Of a DNA stretch of 26,245 nucleotides, positions 18,501-25,305 are shown piece after piece. The position numbers and the translations under genes were made by a program. Numbering within the stretch: position 1 is the stretch's first letter; every line of letters starts with the position of its first letter. The notes beneath the pieces were generated by a model. That model was not told the DNA's origin, did no database searches, and saw only the letters and a program-made list of their open reading frames with translations. Source of the DNA: Promethearchaeota archaeon (lineage in GTDB: Archaea; Asgardarchaeota; Lokiarchaeia; Sigyniarchaeales; SOKP01). The stretch is taken from assembly GCA_048938025.1 (NCBI GenBank), contig JBHLMP010000003.1, positions 89,354-115,598 of the forward strand, read 5' to 3'.

Positions 18501-19975
18501 GTAATTGTTCTGTTCTCAACTGAAGCTGTAAGGGAAGATAAGGTAGCAGTTAGTTTCATTTCATCGGTTCTATTATAGAATAATTTATCAGAAGTAACAG
18601 TGATATTAAATGTATCTCCTGTAATTGGACTTCCACCAGTTCCATAGCTATCAAAAAGGATATCCATCTGAACCCATTCACCATCTCCAAATATATTAAA
18701 TGGAACAAAAATTTCTGCCCAATTATATAAATTTTTGTACTTGATAGCAAAAGTTTCTTCGCCAAAAGGAGGATTCTCATTATAATCAGTAAAACTTTCA
18801 ATCCATCTACTGTTAAAACCACTTACAAATCTGCTTGCTACACCAAAAGCACGAGAAAATATGCTAAACGCAGTAGCAAAATCTGGCCATAAACCTTGTT
18901 GTTGTTCGCAGAACCAATCTACTGCATCTCGACCTGGATCTGGTGAAGGAGTATAGTTTAAATAAAAATTAGTTTGGAGATAATTCCTAATTTTATTAGC
19001 AATTACAAATGCATTATCATTTTGATTTATTATAGTGTTATTCAAAATATCATAATGATATTTAAAATTAAGGTTATTTGTCAAATATGTCTGTAAATTT
19101 GGCGGAATTTGTGTATACATAGTCAATAAATCTAAATATTCTGGTGTGGGGTTTGTAACCGTATCTGCCAGACTATTTATCTCATCATTTGAACGTAAAT
19201 CTAAACCAAATAAGTTATATGTCATATTTACAGCATCATTAGATGAAAAGTAGAGATCTGCTTTTGAAACATTAAACAAATTTTTGTATAATGTAGTATC
19301 AGTTAACGTTGAAACACTTAAATTATTTAATGCATCGAAACTCTCTTTTATTATAAACGGAATTGGAAACAGGGAAGGAATAGCAATCGAGTTTCTCTCG
19401 CTTGCATTAGGAGATAATAGCATTTTTATTTTTAATAGATCTAAAAACCAATATTGTGAAGAATAATTATTAAAAGTATAGAAATCATCAACTTGCATAG
19501 GAACTGAAGTTAACCAATCAGTTCCAGTATATTGATCATAGCATTCATATTTCCATAGTTTTTCATCCATTTCATTAAAATTGGAATATCCATAAACTCT
19601 AAAAACTTCCATTTCAGCAGCCGCAGAGGCTAAAAGCGCCATAAGGCCCTCTGAAAATTGACTTAAATCTAAATCATCTGAATTACCATCAAGAAGATCA
19701 GATAACATATCAAGCAAATCATCCAAGTCTTCTGGGGGTATATCTGAAAAATTGAGATCTTCCCAGGGAAAGTAGGGTGTCAAAGGTGGTTCATTTACTT
19801 CATCTTTATCGGATACTGAATCGTCAAAATCATATCGTTGAGTTCCAAATAATAAATTTAATAAAACTGTAGAGAAGGCAAACATCGAGATTAACAAAAT
19901 AGCAATAATGACAATACCCAATACTCTTTTCTTGTCGATCTTCTTGCCTGAGAGATCCTCTCCTATTACTGACAT
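15512..19975 (-). CDS. Large membrane-anchored transglutaminase-fold protein (predicted inactive) with about nine C-terminal Ig-like domains
   Basis: N-terminal TM; DUF3488-like LWKYECYDQYTGTDW; TGase core AVDWFCEQQQGLWPDFATAFSIFSRAFGVASRFVSGF...YNWAEIF...GEWVQMD; beta-rich tandem repeats with many N-x-S/T sequons. Confidence 0.82.
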   Translation of the reverse strand: MSVIGEDLSGKKIDKKRVLGIVIIAILLISMFAFSTVLLNLLFGTQRYDFDDSVSDKDEVNEPPLTPYFPWEDLNFSDIPPEDLDDLLDMLSDLLDGNSDDLDLSQFSEGLMALLASAAAEMEVFRVYGYSNFNEMDEKLWKYECYDQYTGTDWLTSVPMQVDDFYTFNNYSSQYWFLDLLKIKMLLSPNASERNSIAIPSLFPIPFIIKESFDALNNLSVSTLTDTTLYKNLFNVSKADLYFSSNDAVNMTYNLFGLDLRSNDEINSLADTVTNPTPEYLDLLTMYTQIPPNLQTYLTNNLNFKYHYDILNNTIINQNDNAFVIANKIRNYLQTNFYLNYTPSPDPGRDAVDWFCEQQQGLWPDFATAFSIFSRAFGVASRFVSGFNSRWIESFTDYNENPPFGEETFAIKYKNLYNWAEIFVPFNIFGDGEWVQMDILFDSYGTGGSPITGDTFNITVTSDKLFYNRTDEMKLTATLSSLTASVENRTITFTDITSNQILGVNDTDVSGITKISVQLNDSYVVGPHIIEARYDFFNFNYTVTVILGDIAIDLTNVNPTEVNRSDPIPDETYVQGYVYDPINGKRVKDAEVNFVLLQKVTSIEEPFAFTPPSQITGNNGEFDTTLTINPIVPSGQYEIRVDFNGTWILYGIPFPVGFITNSSNRMGLNITKALSVWFYIDNTPADNPYAPSVSRGSTLDLTAKVMLENFGPKPDKEVFFYDYSRGGIKIGSAFSDENGTAFITYDVLDYCISGPNLLFARLGIQENYSYFIVDESPTIHITSGPTPQVINRTGGGNTNTKFNIIGNITDAINSSRPLRYSEVTLRLISDGYDNSSYLVPSESYPYQTLQNGTFDLTFEVDPSTPTGNYTLRMDFYGTIDLTSYPYPYIFNLVSLSSSIVLVDELKVETPAILYFDFWINGYPSYDINNPIINRYDALNLTVLIQYGSTPIPNGEWVDFYDVTQGTPIDSVQTISGYANASYPIGLNSLAGPHLIYAKWKNNYHYSYFILDAPIIIALDVCPQPPEIFRSGTINRNFIIHGFLNDSDNGNPIKFGEITVHLFDGPTDVSYLLNLVSGSLVLDETGEFDLTYQVSESTPARNYTLEVWFNGWFDYLGSSYPYYFNLDFITNFTSNVACVYDLKVMDPDDINIYLFVDGTPTLSFYDDIHLPKRYNPGEQINLTVIIEQGGSPGNGTVILTDVYTSIVIGSYTYGSADYGYHEFINTTTNWHVGLHKIKVEWDATLTSNTTYVIINGTVNIFGSIDKNSVIRNLDSFIVDGTVLESGEGLRGLVLEITLLNSTYSDVTSYYLIGSQTDITDNVGYYQFFNFIDISCPQGDYYIRIEFNGGIQEAGISLSDYMVHNSSSDISIKIIAGTYIIGFYDTLYDKEDWYFNDELWVYGNLYWDNGTPIENMYINATVRDGNGNILETALSFQTDAFGFFNVTFTVGAWEDDTVVYVYFYPEDIINFGPDGTYVQIIEQQVFRPP
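15515..18610 (-). repeat. Protein-level tandem repeat: four roughly 230-aa two-domain (A+B) Ig-like units plus a final domain
   Basis: A-domain motifs GPHIIEAR / GPNLLFAR / GPHLIYAK / GLHKIKVE alternate with B-domain motifs GQYEIRVDFNG / GNYTLRMDFYG / RNYTLEVWFNG / GDYYIRIEFNG. Diverged at DNA level. Confidence 0.8.
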
Positions 19976-20237
19976 AATTATTTAAAATTAGTCTTATTAT
20001 TAACTAAACAAAGTTAGAATACTAATCAAAATTATTATATATATAATTTTTCACATAATAATTTAAATTATTAGATAAATTGCAAAATTATATTTGAATT
20101 AAAACAGGAAAAATCTACAAATTATATTAAGAAATTATTCAATTTGTTAAAAGGATTTAATAGAAACAATCTTGTAAAAATGTAAAAAGAATAACTAATC
20201 CAGACTATTTGACATTATATATTAGTTTATTCTCTTT

Positions 20238-21056
20238 CTAGAATTCAAAACCACACTTAGTACAGACGTATTTTTTTGCGTAAGTCGGTTTAGGAATGTA
20301 GCTTATAATTCTTGTTTTATCTTCTACCTCCTTCACAGCAAAGCCTGACGCTCCACAGCTAGGACACACTCTTCTTCCTGTTCCTACTGGCATAGCAGGA
20401 CTAGGCGTTGGTGTTGTAGAGGGAGATATAGAAGGAGTTGTTCCATAACTGGGTGTAGGAGATTGAGAGGTTATTCCTTGCGCTAAACTAGATGGCATTA
20501 CAGCTTTAGGTTCTTTTAACTCTTCAATACGTTTCTCTTTATAAGCTAATTCTTGTTGCAAATTTGTAATTTGACCCTGTAAAGGACCAATTTGTTGTTG
20601 AAGCATTGAATTATGTTGTTGTAATTCTTGAACTTGTTGTTGTAATCCTGGAATTTGAGCTCTTAATTGGGCAGTTTCATTATTTAATTGATTAACTTGA
20701 TTTTGATAAGCTTCTGCTGAAGTTTGAAGTGATTGGAGTTGATTACTTAATCGAGTTACTTGATTATTTTTTTCAGCAAGTTGAGCTCTTAAGTTAGAAA
20801 TTTCAGCACTTTTTTCATTAATTTGACCATACAATTGACTGATTGTGGAATCTTTTTCTTGAACTTGGCTTAATGCAATATTATAATCATCTTGTGAAGG
20901 ACCAACTGGAATAGTGGGTGCTTGCTCAAAAGAGGGGGGAGGAGCTTCTAATGGAGGGGGTGTTAATGGAGGAAATGCTGAAGGGGGTGGCATTGATGGA
21001 ATGCGTGGAGGACGACGTTCGTCTTCTTCATCATCTCTATCATTTTCATATGACAT
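20238..21056 (-). CDS. Proline-rich, coiled-coil protein with C-terminal Cys4 zinc ribbon
   Basis: Acidic N-terminus, PPPSAFPPLTPPPLEAPPP, about 120 aa of Q/L heptads, S/T/P linker, CPSCG...CTKCGFEF; AGAGGA SD 5 nt before the ATG. Confidence 0.85.
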   Translation of the reverse strand: MSYENDRDDEEDERRPPRIPSMPPPSAFPPLTPPPLEAPPPSFEQAPTIPVGPSQDDYNIALSQVQEKDSTISQLYGQINEKSAEISNLRAQLAEKNNQVTRLSNQLQSLQTSAEAYQNQVNQLNNETAQLRAQIPGLQQQVQELQQHNSMLQQQIGPLQGQITNLQQELAYKEKRIEELKEPKAVMPSSLAQGITSQSPTPSYGTTPSISPSTTPTPSPAMPVGTGRRVCPSCGASGFAVKEVEDKTRIISYIPKPTYAKKYVCTKCGFEF

Positions 21057-21168
21057 AATAATCCTCTATTTAAAATTCATTAATTTTTACTTGTTTTTGT
21101 AATTTAAATATGGTGTACGTGTTTATAAATTATAGCACAAATGGATTATAAAAAAGTTTTTAAAAATA

Positions 21169-22263
21169 TTAAAAACAATTCCAATAAGGATTTAACTTTT
21201 TTTTTATAGCAGGTATCAATTTTTCATTGATATAAGCTAATAATTCCCTGTTAGAGGTTCGAGATTCTTCTTGAATGAGACTCTCATCCTCATCATTAAG
21301 AACCTTAAGACAATTATATACTGCCCTTGCTTGTTTTTCAACCTCATACCCTCCTTCCAATGTTATTAATATTCTATCCTTTGAGTAGTCTTTTGCAATT
21401 TCTTTGATTCTTTTTAAATAATTTGCTGGACCTTGAATGGTCCATCCCATATTCGTTAATGTATCTGTCCAATGGGTATCAAATCCTGCGGATATAAGTA
21501 TAAATTCTGGTTTAAATTCTTTACATACTGGTGAGATTATTTCATCAAAAAATGTAATAATAATATCGTCAGCTGCTCTTGGTGGCATTGGATAATTAAT
21601 TATTTTACCTTCACCTTTCCCAGAGCCAATTTCACCTAAAAATCCACTCCCTGGATATAGTGTTCTTCCATCTTGATGAGAACTAAACATTACTACTTCA
21701 CCATTTTTTGAAGGACTGCCTTCATAGAATATATCTTGTGTACCATTTCCATGATGACAATCCCAATCTACTATTGCAATTCTCTTAAAACCCTTTTCTC
21801 TAATAAGATATTCTGTTGCGATAGCTACATTGTTAAAAATACAAAATCCAGCACATTTATAAGAATTTGAATGATGACCTGGGGGTCTAACTGCAGCAAA
21901 AGCATTTTTTATATTTCCTTCTAGAATTTCATCAGCAGCTTGAAGATTTCCCCCAACAGAATATAATGAGGCTTCGTAAGTTTTACCTGATACTGCAGTA
22001 TCCATATCAAGGTATTGAATATTATTTGTTTTTTCAGCTAAACGGCTCACCTCTTGAACTTCTCTAATTAAACCTTCTTCGTGTATATACTTAATTTGAT
22101 CTAAAGTTGCTTTTCTTGGTTTTATTAATTTAAAATTTGGGTCTTCAAGAACGTTCATTTCTTTTAAGAATTTCATAATCTCTATAAGTCTCATATGGCT
22201 TTCTACATGAGTACCAATTCGATGCTCCAGATAAATATCATCATAGATTATGCCTGTAGTCAA
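21169..22263 (-). CDS. Zn-dependent histone deacetylase-family protein (HDAC/AcuC/APAH superfamily)
   Basis: RPPGHH, GFCIFNNVA, DWDCHHGNGTQ, YPGSG, ISAGFD, LEGGY all intact; TTG start behind an AGGTGG SD. Confidence 0.95.
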   Translation of the reverse strand: MTTGIIYDDIYLEHRIGTHVESHMRLIEIMKFLKEMNVLEDPNFKLIKPRKATLDQIKYIHEEGLIREVQEVSRLAEKTNNIQYLDMDTAVSGKTYEASLYSVGGNLQAADEILEGNIKNAFAAVRPPGHHSNSYKCAGFCIFNNVAIATEYLIREKGFKRIAIVDWDCHHGNGTQDIFYEGSPSKNGEVVMFSSHQDGRTLYPGSGFLGEIGSGKGEGKIINYPMPPRAADDIIITFFDEIISPVCKEFKPEFILISAGFDTHWTDTLTNMGWTIQGPANYLKRIKEIAKDYSKDRILITLEGGYEVEKQARAVYNCLKVLNDEDESLIQEESRTSNRELLAYINEKLIPAIKKKLNPYWNCF

Positions 22264-22379
22264 GAATTCCCACCTAAACCTTTAAATATATTATTCTTCT
22301 ATTTAATATTTTAAAATTTAATTCTTTTAATATTTAAATATATAAACTTAAAAAATTTTTTTCATAAATTTAATCATAT
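22264..22379. promoter_or_regulatory. Divergent promoter region (deacetylase / small GTPase) with TATA-like TTTAAATATATAAA near 22333-22346
   Basis: AT-rich gap between divergent genes; TATA-like element about 35 nt upstream of the GTPase ATG. Weak evidence given the base composition. Confidence 0.4.
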
Positions 22380-22910
22380 ATGAGTAAGAACAAGAAATAT
22401 TCTTTAAAAATAATTATCATTGGAGAACCCGCTGTTGGGAAGACAAGTTTAGTTAAAAAATTTGTATCAGGGCAATTTTCAAAGGACTATCGTTCGAGTA
22501 TCGGAACTAATATCTTTACAAAACAAATTGATTTAAAAAAAGATACTAAAGCATCGATTCAATTATGGGATATTGCTGGACAGGAACGCTGGGTAAAGAT
22601 GAGACATGTTTATTATAGAGGTGCTAAGGGGGTAATAGTTGTTGGAGATTTAACAAGAAAAAATACATTCGATCAAATAGAAGAATTTTGGATTCCAGAT
22701 GTTAAGCAATATTGTCCCCAAGCTCCTATTACTCTTCTTGCTAATAAAAATGATTTAAAAAAAGAATTAAATGAAAAAGATATTTCATTGTTAGGAGAGA
22801 GAATTAATACTATATCTGTGTTATTAACATCAGCCAAAACGGGAGAAAATGTGGAAAAAGCATTTATATTAATTTCTGAACATGCTATAACACTTTTCAA
22901 TAAGCTTTAA
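22380..22910 (+). CDS. Ras-superfamily small GTPase, Rab-like
   Basis: G1 GEPAVGKTS, G2 region YRSSIG, G3 WDIAGQE, RabF4-like YYRGA, G4 NKND, G5 TSAK; 176 aa with no C-terminal prenylation cysteines. Confidence 0.95.
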   Translation: MSKNKKYSLKIIIIGEPAVGKTSLVKKFVSGQFSKDYRSSIGTNIFTKQIDLKKDTKASIQLWDIAGQERWVKMRHVYYRGAKGVIVVGDLTRKNTFDQIEEFWIPDVKQYCPQAPITLLANKNDLKKELNEKDISLLGERINTISVLLTSAKTGENVEKAFILISEHAITLFNKL

Positions 22911-22999
22911 TCATTAAATTTACTTTCTATTAAAGTTTAATAATTTAAGAATATATGAGATTAGATATGAATAAACATGATGAACATATTATTAATAAT

Positions 23000-25126
23000 T
23001 TAATCTTCTTTGTTTGTGAATTTAATAAAGTTATTTCTTGGTTCATATAGAGTGCCTTCTTTAATAAGCTCATCTATGGCATTTTCTATAAATTTCTTAT
23101 CTAAGCTTTCCTCTAATTCTAAAATTTGAATTACATTGTCTCTCTCAAGTGCTTTCCAATTGTTTTCTTCGGAAATTTCTTTAAGTCTGGTCATTAAGGT
23201 TTCTAATTTATTAAGATTACTTCGTGATTGTCCAATAAAAATTCTATCCATATCAATCTTTCCAGTAGTTTCGTCATAACCAGTATCTTTTAAATATCTT
23301 TTAAACAGTTTAATAATTTCTTCTACATCCTCTTTTAATACTTTATTTCTTAAAGCCATTTTTGCATAAGATTCACTCAATCTAACTAGAGCATCTAAAT
23401 TTCTCGCTAAGATTGAAATAATCGCATCTTCGCTATCATAGCGACCACGTAATTCTAAATAGAATTCTTTTATCCTTTCTTTAGCCTCATCAGTTAAAAC
23501 AGGATTAACAGTCTTTTTAGCATGCTTAACATATTTTTTTAGGAGATCCCTTGGAATGGGCGCTACAGCCGGGTTTTCTTTTTCATAAGATTCTTCTGGT
23601 CCTGTCATCGAATTTTTTAAGATAAATTCAGCCATTTGAGCATCATCTGCGGGATCAGGTCTATCAATAACTACAAAAATTAAATCAAAACGAGATAGAA
23701 GTGATGGTGGTAAATGAATGTTTTGAGTAGGAGTTTTATATCTATCATATCTTCCAGAACGAGGATTTGCTGCAGCAATGATAGCTGTTTCCGCTTTCAA
23801 TGTTGCTACAATCCCCGCTTTTGCTATACTTACCGTTTGTTGCTCCATTGCCTCATGGAGCGCTGATCTATCTGCAGTATCCATTTTATCGAATTCATCA
23901 ATAGCAGCAATTCCACCATTAGCCAAAACAACCGCCCCAGCTTCTAAATTCATTTGTCCAGTATCAGAATCTTTAATTACAGCTGCAGTTAAGCCAACAG
24001 CTGTTGAACCTTTTCCAGAAGTATATAATCCTCGTGGAGATACTTCTATTAGACTTTTTAAGATTTCAGATTTTCCCGTTCCTGGGTCTCCAACAAATAA
24101 AATGTGAATATCACCTCTTTTGTATCCGCCTCCAGGTCTTTTTCTTCTAGTTCCTCCAAATAAACTTAAGGCAGATGCTAATTTAAGATCATCTCTTCCA
24201 TAAATAGTAGGAGCTATAGAACGAGCTATTTTTTTTTGGATCATTGGCTCTTTTGAAAGACTCTCTATTTGTTTTCTATCTTCTTTGGAAAGTTCTACAA
24301 TATCTTCACTTTTATCTTCTGGATCTATAAAATTGATATCAATAAAGGTCTTGAATAAAGTTGAGTTATTACTTTTAGTTGATTGAGCTAATACAGATTT
24401 AAAAATTCCCATAATTTTAACTCTATCCCCTGGTTTAACAGTATCAACTGAATTGTATGTTAATATTGCTTGAACTGATCTTGGAATTCTTCCAGGGGGT
24501 AAATCTTCAGGAATTTCTTGAATCATAATACTTTGCCAGTCAATGAATTCAGATTTCTTTGATATAAGACGGAAATCTGATTGTGCTTTAGCTTTACATC
24601 TCTTGTTTATGCAAAATTTAGGCCATTTTATTCTTGAGGTTAACTGAATGATCTCAAATTGAGCTCCACATATTGTACATTCAAAATTTGCTTTCATTAG
24701 TTTTGGTCTTATTGTTGAACTTCTTACTAAAATCCCTTTCGACCAAATAAGATTATCAATATTTTTTGCTCTTAATCCTCTTAATGGAATTGTCAATGGA
24801 CTTTTTGGATCTTTAGTTGTTATTCTTACAAAATATTCTTGAGGGGTCAATTTTGCACCTTGAAATTTTAATACATTTTTAAAGGCTTCAATAGCATCTT
24901 CTATTAGAGCTTCCGGATCATTTTTCAACATGTTAGCAATCTGAGGGTCAAAAGCTAATAAATCCTCATATAATATAATTAAACTATTCCCTCCTTTAGA
25001 AAAAATTTCATTTATCTTATCTTGATATTTGTATATACCGGGTTTATCTTGAAATAAACGATAAAAATCATCAAAGCGCTGAACTTTATTAATTGGAGGA
25101 GTAGGATTTGAGCTAGGGATTGTCGT
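23000..25126 (-). CDS. mcm: Replicative helicase MCM; start uncertain (proposed ACG at 25126; track uses ATG at 24931)
   Basis: Zinc finger CTIC...CINKRC, IQEIPE..PPG, Walker A GDPGTGKS, Walker B IDEFDKM, AANP, arginine finger SRFD, C-terminal winged helix. The frame is open from 25132 and encodes the MCM N-terminal helical subdomain (QRFDDFYRLF...YKYQDKINE...SLIILYEDLLAFDPQIANML). Confidence 0.96.
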   Translation of the reverse strand, partial: TTIPSSNPTPPINKVQRFDDFYRLFQDKPGIYKYQDKINEIFSKGGNSLIILYEDLLAFDPQIANMLKNDPEALIEDAIEAFKNVLKFQGAKLTPQEYFVRITTKDPKSPLTIPLRGLRAKNIDNLIWSKGILVRSSTIRPKLMKANFECTICGAQFEIIQLTSRIKWPKFCINKRCKAKAQSDFRLISKKSEFIDWQSIMIQEIPEDLPPGRIPRSVQAILTYNSVDTVKPGDRVKIMGIFKSVLAQSTKSNNSTLFKTFIDINFIDPEDKSEDIVELSKEDRKQIESLSKEPMIQKKIARSIAPTIYGRDDLKLASALSLFGGTRRKRPGGGYKRGDIHILFVGDPGTGKSEILKSLIEVSPRGLYTSGKGSTAVGLTAAVIKDSDTGQMNLEAGAVVLANGGIAAIDEFDKMDTADRSALHEAMEQQTVSIAKAGIVATLKAETAIIAAANPRSGRYDRYKTPTQNIHLPPSLLSRFDLIFVVIDRPDPADDAQMAEFILKNSMTGPEESYEKENPAVAPIPRDLLKKYVKHAKKTVNPVLTDEAKERIKEFYLELRGRYDSEDAIISILARNLDALVRLSESYAKMALRNKVLKEDVEEIIKLFKRYLKDTGYDETTGKIDMDRIFIGQSRSNLNKLETLMTRLKEISEENNWKALERDNVIQILELEESLDKKFIENAIDELIKEGTLYEPRNNFIKFTNKED

Positions 25127-25305
25127 ATTACATCACTTCAAATTTAATTTTTTCAAATATTTAATTATCCTTTTTATGATATTTTAATTCTAATATTAAC
25201 GGGATAGCTTATTAAGCTGTCAATAAACTAAAAAAATAAAAAAATCACATGAGAGGGAAGAATTAGTAAAGTTTTTTACTTATATCTAATCATAAGTATA
25301 TTTCT

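Noticed and set aside
4465-19466. Short ORFs nested in or antisense to long genes (4465, 9166, 11069, 11073, 13570, 16074, 16286, 17608, 18357, 18556, 19284)
   Set aside because: They overlap well-supported CDSs and show no protein-family features.
19976-20237. AT-rich 262-bp gap with an imperfect palindrome (AAAATTAT...ATAATTTT, about 20028-20050) as a possible ncRNA or replication origin
   Set aside because: No GC-rich stem, tRNA fold or ORB-like G-string repeats; most simply the promoter region of the envelope locus.
20914-21102. Gly-rich plus-strand ORF and G-tracts that could suggest a G-quadruplex
   Set aside because: Explained as the reverse complement of proline codons in the 272-aa gene; loops between G-tracts are long.
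23000-25126. Possible intein in MCM
   Set aside because: The protein is of normal length (about 708 aa) with contiguous Walker A, Walker B and arginine-finger motifs.
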